Source of the DNA: Verrucomicrobia bacterium UBA6176
GTDB taxonomy: Bacteria > Verrucomicrobiota > Verrucomicrobiia > Limisphaerales > UBA9464
Direction: 5' to 3'
DNA: 64,000 nucleotides
Assembly (NCBI GenBank): GCA_002422905.1
Contig: DITU01000173.1
Location: 400 to 64,399 of the forward strand
Shown: one piece after another, positions 18,537-31,194 of the stretch
Position numbering within the stretch: position 1 is the first letter of the stretch
How the letters are laid out: each line of letters opens with the position of its first letter
Program-made: the position numbers and the translations under genes
The notes under the pieces: model-generated
Told to the model about the DNA's origin: nothing
Database searches by the model: none
What the model saw: only the letters and a program-made list of their open reading frames with translations

Positions 18537-19499
18537 ATGGATATTCGTCCCGTCTTGGTGACCGGTGGAGCCGGCTTCATCGGATCCCACCTGGTCGAAC
18601 GTTTGATCGCTGCCGGGGAACGGGTGGTGGTGATCGATGACGCCTCGACCGGCGCGTGGACCAATCTCCAGGGGGTCCGGGGACATCCTGCCCTTGAATG
18701 CATCGATTCCCAGGTATCGGCCCTGGGTTCACTGGGAGATCGGGTGGCGGGTGCGAAGGCGGTGTTCCATCTCGCCGCGGTGGTGGGGGTGGAGTTGGTG
18801 GTCAATGCACCGCGCCGGACGATCGAAACCAATCTCCGGGAAACCGAGGCGGTGCTGGAAGCTGCCGCGCGGGAAAGGACCCCGGTCCTCTTTACATCCA
18901 CCTCCGAAGTCTATGGAAAGAGCGACAAGCCCTGGTTCTCGGAAGAGGACGACCTGTTGATCGGTCCGCCCACGTTGTCGCGATGGAGTTATGCGTGCAG
19001 CAAGTTGCTGGACGAATTCATGGCCCTTGCCGCCCATCGCGAACAGGGCGTCCCCGTGATCATCGTCCGCCTCTTCAACATCGTCGGAGCCCGCCAATCC
19101 GGTCGGCATGGCATGGTCCTTCCCCGGTTCATCGAGGCGGCGCGGGTCGGTGAACCGCTGCGTGTCCATGGCGACGGACGCCAGACCCGATGCCTGTGTC
19201 ATGTGCAGGATTGTGTCGAGGCGCTCCTCCGGCTCTGGGCCTGTCCTGCTGCGGTCGGGGAGATCGTCAATGTCGGGCATGACGAGGAAGTCACCATCCT
19301 GGACCTTGCGGAGGCGGTCCTGGAGGTCGTCGGATCACAGTCGATGATCGAGCGGATTCCCTATGAGTCGGCGTACCGGCCCGGGTTCCAGGACATGCCG
19401 CGTCGCCGGCCGGATCTTCGAAAGCTGGAACGACTGACGGGATTTCGACCACGGGCGGGGGTCCGTGAAGTCATCCGGCGGGTGGCGGGCGGGGAGTAG
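18537..19499 (+). CDS. NAD-dependent nucleotide-sugar epimerase/dehydratase (extended SDR)
   Basis: VLVTGGAGFIGSHL Rossmann motif, YxxxK (YACSKLL). Confidence 0.8.
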   Translation: MDIRPVLVTGGAGFIGSHLVERLIAAGERVVVIDDASTGAWTNLQGVRGHPALECIDSQVSALGSLGDRVAGAKAVFHLAAVVGVELVVNAPRRTIETNLRETEAVLEAAARERTPVLFTSTSEVYGKSDKPWFSEEDDLLIGPPTLSRWSYACSKLLDEFMALAAHREQGVPVIIVRLFNIVGARQSGRHGMVLPRFIEAARVGEPLRVHGDGRQTRCLCHVQDCVEALLRLWACPAAVGEIVNVGHDEEVTILDLAEAVLEVVGSQSMIERIPYESAYRPGFQDMPRRRPDLRKLERLTGFRPRAGVREVIRRVAGGE

Positions 19500-19513
19500 G
19501 GGCTGGGTTGGGT

Positions 19514-20194
19514 TCAATAGGAACCCGGTTCGGCATCGACGCCTTCCAGGATGGCGATGCCGGCGCTGGTGCCGATGCGGGTGGCGCCGGCCTCGATGAA
19601 AGAGAGGGCGGTGGCGGTATCCCGGATTCCGCCACTGGCCTTCACGCCGAGCTTGGGTCCCACGCATTCCCGGAGGAGGCGGACATCGTCGAGGGTGGCG
19701 CCGCCGGAGGAGAAGCCGGTGGAGGTTTTCACCATCTGGGCGCCGGCCTCGACGATCAGGGAACAGGCGATGCGTTTCTGGGATTCGGTCAGGAGACAGG
19801 TTTCGAGGATCACCTTCACCGGCACGCCCTGGGCTGCTTCGACGATGTCGCGCAGTTCGCGGAAGACGAAGCGGTCATCGCCGTCCTTGAGGCGACCGAT
19901 GTTGAGGACCATGTCGATCTCCTGGGCGCCGAGATCGATGAGGGTTTCCGTCTCATACCGTTTGGCATCGGGATCGGTGGCGCCGAGGGGGAATCCGACC
20001 ACGGCGGCGACGAGGACGCCGGAGTCTTCCAGGCGGGAGGCGGCGAGGGCGACGCGGGAACCATTGACGCAGACGGAATGGAAGCGGTGTTGGCGGGCTT
20101 CGGCGCACAGGCGCTGGATGTCGGCGGCGGTGGCGTCGGGTTTGAGCAGGGTATGATCGATGCAACGGGCGAGTTCGGCGGCATTCAGCGGCAT
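19514..20194 (-). CDS. deoC: Deoxyribose-phosphate aldolase
   Basis: IDHTLLKP...VCV...VVGFPLGA...DMVLNIG...KVILET...VKTSTGF...VKASGGIR. The start is ATG 20194 or 20221. The track ORF extension to 20971 is Pro-rich antisense of the SLT gene. Confidence 0.85.
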   Translation of the reverse strand: MPLNAAELARCIDHTLLKPDATAADIQRLCAEARQHRFHSVCVNGSRVALAASRLEDSGVLVAAVVGFPLGATDPDAKRYETETLIDLGAQEIDMVLNIGRLKDGDDRFVFRELRDIVEAAQGVPVKVILETCLLTESQKRIACSLIVEAGAQMVKTSTGFSSGGATLDDVRLLRECVGPKLGVKASGGIRDTATALSFIEAGATRIGTSAGIAILEGVDAEPGSY

Positions 20195-20235
20195 GGGGGG
20201 AGAATCCCGGTGCCGGGCCATGGCGCGCAAGCGTT

Positions 20236-20847
20236 GTGGATGGGAACGCGCTGGCGTCGGGCGAAGGGAACCCGCAGAAAGACGGGGTGCGTGGGGTGTC
20301 GAAGATACTGGGGGTTCTGGGAATTGGATTGGGGGTGGGACTGGGTTGGCAATGGAGCCGGGTCCGGCAGGTGGAGCATGGGTATGACCGGTTGATAGGG
20401 CAGGTGGCGCGGGAACACGGGTTGCCGCCGGCGCTGGTGAAGGCGGTGGTGTGGAAGGAGAGCCGGTTTCGGGAAGGCGCGCGCGGAGGTGCAGGGGAGT
20501 TGGGCCTGATGCAGGTGACGGAGATGGCGGCGCAGGAATGGGCGGATCATCGGCGGGACGGGGCGTTTCACCATGAGCACACGTTGCAAGCCCTGACCAA
20601 TCTCCATGCCGGATGCCATTACCTGGCGAAGGCGACCCGGCGATATCTGACCACGGATCGTCCGTATGCGTATGCGCTGGCGGATTACAACGCGGGTCGG
20701 GGGAATGTCCTGCGTTGGATGGAAGGGGAGGCGCGGACGAACAGTGCGGCGTTCCTGGCGGCGATGACCTTTCCGGGCACGCGGGATTATGTGGAGTCGA
20801 TCCTGTCGCGGGCGCCGGGGTATGAGCGGGACTTCGGGGGGCGGTGA
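20236..20847 (+). CDS. Lytic transglycosylase (SLT domain), membrane-anchored
   Basis: TM segment, then VWKESRF...GELGLMQV...YNAG motifs. The start is uncertain (GTG 20236 or downstream). Confidence 0.7.
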   Translation: MDGNALASGEGNPQKDGVRGVSKILGVLGIGLGVGLGWQWSRVRQVEHGYDRLIGQVAREHGLPPALVKAVVWKESRFREGARGGAGELGLMQVTEMAAQEWADHRRDGAFHHEHTLQALTNLHAGCHYLAKATRRYLTTDRPYAYALADYNAGRGNVLRWMEGEARTNSAAFLAAMTFPGTRDYVESILSRAPGYERDFGGR

Positions 20848-20963
20848 ACGGAGGGGATAGGGGTAATGGCCGGGTGGCTTGACGCTCGGGAGGGGTTGTC
20901 CCCAGATTCGGCGGCTGCAACGCAGCGGACGGAGCCGATAGACTTTCTGAAGAACACACGCGC

Positions 20964-23675
<2,712 letters not shown>

Positions 23676-23710
23676 CGGGTTGGGAGGCGAGGGACGGGTT
23701 GGGGTGTCCA

Positions 23711-23737
23711 CCGATTGCGCCGATTGCGCCGATTGCG
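23711..23737. repeat. 9-bp tandem repeat CCGATTGCG x3
   Basis: Three exact direct copies in the acnA-SDR intergenic region. Confidence 0.9.
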
Positions 23738-23859
23738 CAGGTCGAGGGGCAACCCGGCGGCTTGGAAGCGTCAGGTTGAATCCTGTCTGGTCCCCTCTTC
23801 GGACTCCCTCATGATCCGTGTGAACCGCGAGTTCCGCGGATCAAGTCGACGTTTCCAGC

Positions 23860-24627
23860 ATGAATCCTTCCCCATCCCCTGAACGCTCTCCCGTGCTCGT
23901 CACCGGCTCGGCCGGACGCATCGGGCGAGCCGTCGTGGCCGGATTGCTGGCGGCGGGTCGGCCGGTGCGCGGGCTCGACCGGGTTCCCACCCCGGGCGGC
24001 GTGCCGCATCGGGTGGCTGGCCTGGAGGATGAAACGGCGTTGAGGGAGATGATGGGCGAGGCCGGGGCGTTGGTGCATCTGGCGGCGACGCCGCAGGACG
24101 CGGATTTTGAGCAGTGCCTGGTCCCGGACAACGTGACGGCCTTGCGGCGGGTGATGGAAGCGGCGTCGGAGGCGGGGATCCGGCGCTGGGTCTTGGCGAG
24201 CAGCATCCAGGTCAACTTCCGGCAATCACGCGAAGGTCCCTGGCCGGTGCGGGTGACGGATGGAATGACTCCCTTGAGGTGGTATGCGGCGACGAAGGTG
24301 ATGATGGAGGCGGCGGGCTATTCGTATGCGCGGGATCATGGGTTGGAGGTGGTGGCGGTGCGGTTTGGATGGTGCCCGCGCGATGCGGGGCAGGTGGCGG
24401 AGATCGAAGGGGAACCCATTGCGCAGGATACCTATCTGAGTGCGGGTGACGCGGGACGGTTGGTGGCGGCGGCGGTGGAAGTTCCGATGGCGGCGGGGTT
24501 CCATGTGGTGTTTGCGACGAGTCGGCCGATGGGGCGGACGGTGTTCGACCTGGAGCCGACGCGGCTGTTGACGGGATGGGAACCCTTGGACTCATGGCCA
24601 TCGGGAGGGGTAGGGTTGCTGGAATGA
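23860..24627 (+). CDS. NAD(P)-dependent oxidoreductase/epimerase (SDR family)
   Basis: VLVTGSAGRIGRAV glycine-rich motif, YAATKV (YxxxK). Confidence 0.7.
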   Translation: MNPSPSPERSPVLVTGSAGRIGRAVVAGLLAAGRPVRGLDRVPTPGGVPHRVAGLEDETALREMMGEAGALVHLAATPQDADFEQCLVPDNVTALRRVMEAASEAGIRRWVLASSIQVNFRQSREGPWPVRVTDGMTPLRWYAATKVMMEAAGYSYARDHGLEVVAVRFGWCPRDAGQVAEIEGEPIAQDTYLSAGDAGRLVAAAVEVPMAAGFHVVFATSRPMGRTVFDLEPTRLLTGWEPLDSWPSGGVGLLE

Positions 24628-25472
24628 AGCGGGGAATCCTGATGATGCTGGCGTGGCTGACCCTTGGGTCGGCGCATGCGGCGGACGCGACCAACCACAT
24701 TGACGTGGTGTTGGAATTGTGGCGTTCGGGCAAGGTGGACCAGGCGATGGAAGCGGCGACGCAGGCGATCGGTCTGGAGCCGAAGAATGCGCGTTTGTGG
24801 AGTGCGCGGGCACAGATGTATTCCTTTCTGGGACAGCGCGCGCAGGCGGATGCCGATCTGACGGCGGCGATCGGGTTGGAACCGGATTCGGGGTGGTTGA
24901 GGCAGGAACGGGCCCAGGGACGGTTCCGCCTGGGACGGTTGGAGGAGGCGGTGGCGGATTTCGACAAGGCGAACGAATTGACGCCGCGCCTGGTGCCCCA
25001 GAACTGGCAACGGGGAATCGCCCTGTACTACGTGGGCCGGTTCGAGGATGCGCGGAAACAGTTCGAGGTGCACCAGACGGTGAACACCCAGGATGTTGAG
25101 AATGCCGCCTGGCATTTCCTCTGTACCGCCCGTGAAAAGGGCCTGCCCCAGGCACGCGCCCAGTTGATTCCCATCCAGCGCGATGGCCGGATCCCGATGA
25201 AGGAGATCCAGCAGCTCTTCGCCGGCAAGGCCAGCCCGAAGGACGTGTTGAAGGTGGCCGACAAGGCGGATGACGACGTCATCCGCAAGGTGCAGCAATT
25301 TTACGCACACCTGTATCTCGGTCTCTTTTTCGAGGCGGAAGGCAAGATGGCCGAGCGCGATGAACACATCCGCAAGGCCGCTCAACTTGCCGAGCCCGAC
25401 AATTACATGGGCGTCGTCGCCCGTATCCATGCCCAGCGCCTGAAGCTTTCCCTTTCCCCCCAACAGCCATGA
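24624..25472 (+). CDS. Secreted TPR-repeat protein (NlpI-like)
   Basis: Signal peptide MKRGILMMLAWLTLGSAHA, several TPR-like helical repeats. ATGA overlap with the upstream SDR gene. Confidence 0.6.
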   Translation: MKRGILMMLAWLTLGSAHAADATNHIDVVLELWRSGKVDQAMEAATQAIGLEPKNARLWSARAQMYSFLGQRAQADADLTAAIGLEPDSGWLRQERAQGRFRLGRLEEAVADFDKANELTPRLVPQNWQRGIALYYVGRFEDARKQFEVHQTVNTQDVENAAWHFLCTAREKGLPQARAQLIPIQRDGRIPMKEIQQLFAGKASPKDVLKVADKADDDVIRKVQQFYAHLYLGLFFEAEGKMAERDEHIRKAAQLAEPDNYMGVVARIHAQRLKLSLSPQQP

Positions 25473-27418
25473 ACGATTCCCGTCCCCCCAAACGCCAACC
25501 CTTCTGGGCTTCCGTCCATGATCCCCGCGGAAAAAAGCCGTCGGGTTCCTCGTCCCGTCCCGCTCCGGGTTCGCAGCGTCGTCCGCGTCCGCCCGGACCC
25601 GGCGGTCCACGACCGGGTCCGGAGGATTCGGCCGGTGGCGGGAGCCAGCAGGGATATGGACCCCGAACGGGTGCGGGTCAGGGCGGTCCGCGCCCGCAAC
25701 GTCGGGAGCCGTGGGGATCACGGCCGCCCGGACCCCGAACGGACGGGCAGGGGTTCGGAGCGCAACGGCCCTACGGTCGGGGCCCGGTCGGCCCCCGGCC
25801 CGTGGGTGGCGGCGGAGCGGGTGAGCAACCCTTCGGATTGAGGCCGGAGGGACAGGCTCCGACGCCCGATGGGCCGAGGGCACCGAAGAAGTGGGAGCCG
25901 AAGACGGGCCCGCGTTTCGCCGGTCCATGGGGACCCCGTTCCTCGATCAACCGGATCGATGATCCTTCGACGTTTCGACAGGCTCCGGGCGGGGGACGGC
26001 CCCCGGGCGGGCCGGGTGGAGGAGGGCAGCCTTATGGGATGAGATCGGAGGGACAGGCTCCCTTTGATGATCGGCCACGCGCTCCGCGACCGTACGGTCA
26101 GGGGGCTCGGCCGGGTGGTGGAGACGGAGGAGGTCGGCCCTATCCGCCGCGCGACGGCGGGCAACGGCCGCATGGGCCGCGACCTTCGCGCCCGCAGGTT
26201 CGTGAACCGGGTGAACCGCACCAGGACACTCCGCCGCCTACTCCGGGCATGAAGGTCGAGGCCTTCAAGAAGCGGCGGGAGGCGCGTCGGACGCCGGCGT
26301 CGTGGGCGGCGCGGATCGTGGCCCGTTCCGAAGATGGACGGCCGGCGGACCGGGAGATGCGGACCACACTGAGGAACATTGATGGGTTGAGACCGGCGGA
26401 TGCGCGTTGGATCAGCCGGGCGGTGTTCGCGTATTACCGCTGGAAGGAGTGGTTGGACCCGGCGCGGATCCTGGAGAAGCGGTTGGACCAGGCGATGGGC
26501 TATGCGGACACGTACAGCCGGCATCCGCAGGCATTTCCGGACGAGGATCTGTTGGCGGGCGCCATTCCGGAGTGGGTGAAGGAGGTGGTGGATGTGCCCA
26601 TCGGATGGGTGCGTGCGTTGCAACGGGAACCGCGGTTGTGGCTGCGGGCGCGTCCGGGAACGGCCAAGCGCCTGGCGTTGACGCTGGGTGGACCGGAGGA
26701 TGCGGTGGAAGGCGTGTTGCCGGATTCGGTGGAGTATCGGGGAACACGCGACCTGTTCCGGACCGGGGCATTCCACCGGGGCGAACTGGAGATCCAGGAT
26801 GTGTCGTCGCAGGTGGTGGGACTGTGTTGTGCGCCAACCCCGGGTGAACGGTGGTGGGACATGTGTGCGGGGGAAGGCGGCAAGACCTTGCACCTGGCGG
26901 ATCTGTTGCAGGGGAAGGGCGAGGTATTGGGGACGGACCGGGCATCGTGGCGATTGGAGCGATTGCACGAGCGGGTGACCCGGGCCAAGACCAACCTGGT
27001 GAAGGCGGTGGTGTGGGATGAGAAGCATCCGGTGCCGGGCCCTGATCCCTTTGATGGGGTGCTGGTGGATGCGCCCTGCAGTGGCTTGGGAACGTGGGGC
27101 CGCAATCCGCATGCGCGCTGGACGGCGACCTCGAAGGACGTGGCGGAACTGGCGGCCTGCCAGTTGCGTTTGCTGGAGAAGGCGACCCAGGCAGTGAAGC
27201 CGGGCGGGCGCCTGGTCTATTCGGTGTGCACGGTGACCCGGGCAGAGACATCCGAGGTGGCGACGGCCTTTGGAACGGCGCATCCGGAGTTTGAACCGGT
27301 TCCGTTCGCCGACCCGTTCCTGCCGGAGAATCCGCCGGTGGCCCAGCGTCTGTTCTGGCCGCATGAAACCGGCGGAAACGGAATGTTCGTGGCCATGTGG
27401 CGTCGCAAGCAGGTCTGA
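25469..27418 (+). CDS. rsmB: RsmB/NOP2/Sun-family rRNA m5C methyltransferase with an approx. 260-aa Gly/Arg/Pro-rich N-terminal extension
   Basis: C-terminal catalytic motifs VLVDAPCSGLGTWGRNPHARW and RLVYSVCT, with a NusB-like region before them. ATGA overlap with the TPR gene supports the upstream start. Confidence 0.7.
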   Translation: MNDSRPPKRQPFWASVHDPRGKKPSGSSSRPAPGSQRRPRPPGPGGPRPGPEDSAGGGSQQGYGPRTGAGQGGPRPQRREPWGSRPPGPRTDGQGFGAQRPYGRGPVGPRPVGGGGAGEQPFGLRPEGQAPTPDGPRAPKKWEPKTGPRFAGPWGPRSSINRIDDPSTFRQAPGGGRPPGGPGGGGQPYGMRSEGQAPFDDRPRAPRPYGQGARPGGGDGGGRPYPPRDGGQRPHGPRPSRPQVREPGEPHQDTPPPTPGMKVEAFKKRREARRTPASWAARIVARSEDGRPADREMRTTLRNIDGLRPADARWISRAVFAYYRWKEWLDPARILEKRLDQAMGYADTYSRHPQAFPDEDLLAGAIPEWVKEVVDVPIGWVRALQREPRLWLRARPGTAKRLALTLGGPEDAVEGVLPDSVEYRGTRDLFRTGAFHRGELEIQDVSSQVVGLCCAPTPGERWWDMCAGEGGKTLHLADLLQGKGEVLGTDRASWRLERLHERVTRAKTNLVKAVVWDEKHPVPGPDPFDGVLVDAPCSGLGTWGRNPHARWTATSKDVAELAACQLRLLEKATQAVKPGGRLVYSVCTVTRAETSEVATAFGTAHPEFEPVPFADPFLPENPPVAQRLFWPHETGGNGMFVAMWRRKQV

Positions 27419-27490
27419 TGTGGGGGTTTGCAGGGGTCTCGCAGCACGTTTGAAGCGCCGGGAACGCATCGGATGGCGTGATGCCAACGC

Positions 27491-27524
27491 TCAACTTTCT
27501 GTTGCACCTGCAACAAAAGTTTGA
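27491..27524. promoter_or_regulatory. AT-rich near-perfect inverted repeat (AACTTT-c-TGTTGCA-cc-TGCAACA-AAAGTT)
   Basis: Arms of 13-14 nt with one bulge. Lies 73 nt after the rsmB stop and about 100 nt before the MFS start. Could be an operator or a U-tract-less terminator. Confidence 0.35.
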
Positions 27525-27620
27525 GGTCTGGTGGGCGTGTTTCACGACGGGCATCAGTGTCGGGAGGGTGAGTTCCAGCCTGCGCTTCAGGGAGGTGTGG
27601 CACGAGTTGACCGGTGATCC

Positions 27621-28808
27621 ATGAGCGGTGTCATCTCCAAGAACCCGTCCCGCCTGCTGTTGCCGGTCATCTATCTGGCGTTCGTCAGCATCGGGTTGCC
27701 GGATGGCACCTTTGGGATTGCGTGGCCCCGGATGCATCTGGACCTGGGGGTGCCGGTGGAACTGGCCGGCTCAATGCTCATCCTGGTGACGTTGTTGTCG
27801 GCGGGATCGAGCCTTGCGAGTGGCTGGTTCCTGCGTCGTTTCGGCACCGGCCCGGTGGTTTTGGCGAGTTGCATGCTGACGGCGCTTGCCCAGGTGATCG
27901 TGGCCCGATCACTGGGGCTGGGGTGGTTGATTGCGGCGGCGATTCCGCTCGGGATCGGTGCGGGGGCGGTGGATGCCGGACTCAACGGTTATGTGGCGCG
28001 CCATTACAGCGGACGTCACATGAACTGGCTTCACGCCTCGTGGGGAGTGGGCGCCACCGCAGGTCCGATCATCATCACGGGCCTGATCAATTCCCCCTAC
28101 GGTTGGCGGGGTGGCTATGCGTTGATCGCGGGGATGCAGGGTTTCCTCGCCGTGCTCTTCCTGTTCAGCCTGAAATGGTGGGAGCAACCCGATGCCGTTC
28201 CGGGAGAGGGATCGGAATCAGGGGAGATCCGGTTCGGGACGGCGACGGCGGGATCGGCGGCGGGTTGGATGTCGTCGGCTGCCTTCGGTCTGTATGTGGC
28301 AGCGGAGACGACGCTGGGGTTGTGGGCGGGATCGGTGTTGGTGGTATCGCGTGGAATGCCGCAGTCGGCCGCGGGATGGAGTGTGGCGGCCTATTTCGGG
28401 TCCATCACCGTGGGTCGGATCGTGCTGGGGTTGGTGGTGGATCGGTTTGGAAACCGGCGGGTGATCCAGGCGGGCCTGGCCTTGGCCGCGATGGGATCGG
28501 TGCTGTTCATCGTGGCGACGAACGGGGTGTTGGCGTTCGTGGCCCTGGGCTTGTGCGGGTTGGGATTGGCGCCGGTATATCCCGGGCTCATGCATGAGAC
28601 CCCGCGTCGATTCACGGTGGACGCCACGCCGGTGGTGATCGGACGACAGGCGGCGGCGGCTTACCTGGGTTCGGCAATCCTGTCGCCGGGGGTGGGGGCG
28701 CTGGCGCGGTTCACCAGTCTCGAGATCGCCGGTTGGGTGGTGCTGGTCGCCGTGATCGGACTGATGCTGTTGATCCGGCTGCTGGATCGCGCGACGGAAC
28801 GAAGGTGA
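27621..28808 (+). CDS. MFS transporter
   Basis: 395 aa, approx. 12 TM segments, N-terminal pattern LAFVSIGLPDGTFGIAWP similar to the FucP-like MFS subfamily. Confidence 0.75.
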   Translation: MSGVISKNPSRLLLPVIYLAFVSIGLPDGTFGIAWPRMHLDLGVPVELAGSMLILVTLLSAGSSLASGWFLRRFGTGPVVLASCMLTALAQVIVARSLGLGWLIAAAIPLGIGAGAVDAGLNGYVARHYSGRHMNWLHASWGVGATAGPIIITGLINSPYGWRGGYALIAGMQGFLAVLFLFSLKWWEQPDAVPGEGSESGEIRFGTATAGSAAGWMSSAAFGLYVAAETTLGLWAGSVLVVSRGMPQSAAGWSVAAYFGSITVGRIVLGLVVDRFGNRRVIQAGLALAAMGSVLFIVATNGVLAFVALGLCGLGLAPVYPGLMHETPRRFTVDATPVVIGRQAAAAYLGSAILSPGVGALARFTSLEIAGWVVLVAVIGLMLLIRLLDRATERR

Positions 28809-28818
28809 TCGGAAGGCT

Positions 28819-29115
28819 TCAGCCGATCCACTGGCTGATCCAGTTGAGGAGTTCAGGATGGGAGACGCCCTGGTGCAGGACCGCTGCGGTGGCCGTGGCG
28901 ATGAGCAATCCGAAGAGGAACCGGGTGGTGTTGGAGGCGGGTTCGATCACGGGTCGGACGGGGTCGGGTCGGGTGGCATCCCAGGCGGCCTGTTCGGCTG
29001 CGCGCAACGCCCGTCGATAGGCGCGGATGGGTTCCTGATGATCGGAGGTACTGCGGGGGCGGCGTGCGATGCGGGGGGAGGAGAGGGAGGGGATGCGGAG
29101 GATGGAGGTATTCAT
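28819..29115 (-). CDS. Hypothetical small membrane protein (98 aa)
   Basis: C-biased third codon positions and one predicted TM (FLFGLLIATATAAVL). No recognisable family. Confidence 0.35.
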   Translation of the reverse strand: MNTSILRIPSLSSPRIARRPRSTSDHQEPIRAYRRALRAAEQAAWDATRPDPVRPVIEPASNTTRFLFGLLIATATAAVLHQGVSHPELLNWISQWIG

Positions 29116-29438
29116 GATGCGCCTTTTGCAAGTGCTGCGTCCCCGAACCCGGGATCTTTGGGAAGAGTTTCAGGGAGGATGCAGGAATTTCATGGGGGTT
29201 GGGGTTGGGGGGTTCACGCAACGGCGCAACGCTCGCGACGTCTCTGGGGATCAGGGTGGGAACGACTCACACGGAGGCACGAAGGAGTGGAGTGGAGTTG
29301 TTCGGGATCGGCCCACGGGAAGACAACTCCGCGCCTCAGCGTCTCTGCGGGATCCGTTTTCTGTCAGGGATGGGACGGGGAGGGTTTCGCGCGGAGACGA
29401 GGAGAACGCCGAGGAAGATGGGGAAGGGTGGGGGACTG

Positions 29439-30275
29439 TCAGGATTTGATGTCGCGCACGCTGAAGACGGCGACGCCGCCGGCGAAGAAGGTGGCGTTGA
29501 AGCCGACGAGGAGGAACAGGGATTCGCCGATGCGCCCCCACTGGATGGGGTCGCCGTAGACCTGTTGCCAGAGGTTCAGGTGATAGGTGAGGAACCACGG
29601 CTTGAGGTCGGCGAACCACGGGATGTTCATCAGGATGAAGCTGAGGAAGATCAGGGACAGGGCGAGGATGGTGGCGGCGGCAGGCTTGACGTTGAAGCAG
29701 CCGAAGAAGAAGGAGAGGCCCATGACCGAGATGGCCTTGAGCGCCATCAACAGGTGTGCGGCTGAGTATCGGATCAGGCCGGTGCCGGGTTCGAACACGG
29801 CGAAGGATTCGCCCGGGACGAAATAGAAGAGGCCGCCCCAAGGGAAGCAGGTGAGCCCGAGCAACAGGCCGGTGAGGCCGAGCATGAGGGTGAGCAGCAG
29901 GGAGAACAGGGCGCCGGCCACCCATTTCAATGCCAGCAACCGCAGCCGTGAGATGGGTCGGGCGAGGATCAGTCGCAGGGTTCCATCCTCGGCTTCCTTC
30001 GCCACGAGGTCGCCGCCGACGAGGGTTCCGAACAGGGGCAGTAGAAGGTAGGCGAGCCAGAAGTTGGTGAAGGTGGCCGCGGTCAACGGCGAGAGGAACG
30101 AGGTCATGTCGTAGCCGTTGTTCTCCAGCAGGGCGCCCATCCCGCTGGAGGCGCGGGAGAATCGGAACACCAGCAGGATCACCAACTGGGCGAGGACGAA
30201 CATGGCGAACCCGATATAGGTCCGTTTCTTGCCGAACAACTTCCAGAGTTCGTTGCGGAGTTGGAGATGCAGCAT
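29439..30275 (-). CDS. ABC-2 type transporter permease
   Basis: 6-TM protein with the EAEDGTL motif typical of ABC-2 permeases. Starts 7 nt after the ATPase gene. Confidence 0.75.
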   Translation of the reverse strand: MLHLQLRNELWKLFGKKRTYIGFAMFVLAQLVILLVFRFSRASSGMGALLENNGYDMTSFLSPLTAATFTNFWLAYLLLPLFGTLVGGDLVAKEAEDGTLRLILARPISRLRLLALKWVAGALFSLLLTLMLGLTGLLLGLTCFPWGGLFYFVPGESFAVFEPGTGLIRYSAAHLLMALKAISVMGLSFFFGCFNVKPAAATILALSLIFLSFILMNIPWFADLKPWFLTYHLNLWQQVYGDPIQWGRIGESLFLLVGFNATFFAGGVAVFSVRDIKS

Positions 30276-30282
30276 GGAAAGG

Positions 30283-31194
30283 TCAGTTGCGGGCGTCGTC
30301 GGCCCGGGCGGCTTTCACGAGCGATAGGTAGAAGGTTTCCAGCGTCTGCTGTTCGCGGGCTATTCCCGACACTTCAAACCGGTTCTCCACCAGCCAACGG
30401 GTCACGACCGGCACGGTGGCTCCCGGCGCCAACGCCATCCGGCATCCGCCCTCCACCGCCGTGATCCAACCCGCCGCCATCAATCCCTTCGCCGCGTCGT
30501 CGAACCGGTCCAGCTCAACGTCGATCCAGGACTCGGTCCGTCGTGTCTCGGCGAGGGTGCCGTCGAAGACTTTCCGTCCCTGGTGAACGACGGCGATGCG
30601 GGAGCAGAGTTGTTCGACTTCGCTGAGGAGATGGGAGGAGAGCAGGATGGTGAGGCCAAGCTCGACGTGAAGGCGGCGGATGGTGCCGCGCATCTCATGG
30701 ATGCCCTCCGGATCCAGGCCGTTGGTGGGTTCGTCGAGGATGAGGAGTTCGGGTCCGGGCAACAGGGCCTGGGCGAGGGCCAAGCGGGCGCGCATGCCAT
30801 GGGAATAGGTGCGGACAGCGGCGCGTTCGCGTCCGGCGAGACCGACCCATTCGATCACCTCATCAATGCGCCGGGCCGGGGTGATGCCGGTATAGGTCGA
30901 GAGGATTTCGAGGTTCCGACGGCCGCAGAGGTAATCGTAGAAGATGGGGGTTTCGAAGATGGCACCCACGCGATGAAGGGCCTTGGCGCGTTGGAGGGAG
31001 ATGTCATGGCCGCAGACCTGGACGGAGCCGGAGGTGGGCCACACCTGGCCGAGGAGCATGCCGATGGTGGTGCTCTTGCCGGCGCCGTTGTGGCCGAGGA
31101 GTCCGAAGATCTCGCCGCGGGCGACGGCGAGATCGAGGGCATGCACGGCGGTCCTGCCGCCGAAGACCTTGGTGACCTGCCGGAGTTCGATCAT
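30283..31194 (-). CDS. ABC transporter ATP-binding protein (ABC-2/DrrA-like subfamily)
   Basis: Walker [10 protein letters not shown], signature variant YSHGMRARL, Walker B LLILDEP. Confidence 0.85.
   Translation of the reverse strand: MIELRQVTKVFGGRTAVHALDLAVARGEIFGLLGHNGAGKSTTIGMLLGQVWPTSGSVQVCGHDISLQRAKALHRVGAIFETPIFYDYLCGRRNLEILSTYTGITPARRIDEVIEWVGLAGRERAAVRTYSHGMRARLALAQALLPGPELLILDEPTNGLDPEGIHEMRGTIRRLHVELGLTILLSSHLLSEVEQLCSRIAVVHQGRKVFDGTLAETRRTESWIDVELDRFDDAAKGLMAAGWITAVEGGCRMALAPGATVPVVTRWLVENRFEVSGIAREQQTLETFYLSLVKAARADDARN

Noticed and set aside
29194-29212. G-run GGGGGTTGGGGTTGGGGGG as a G-quadruplex
   Set aside because: Only three separated G-tracts are present, and a fourth tract with a loop is missing.
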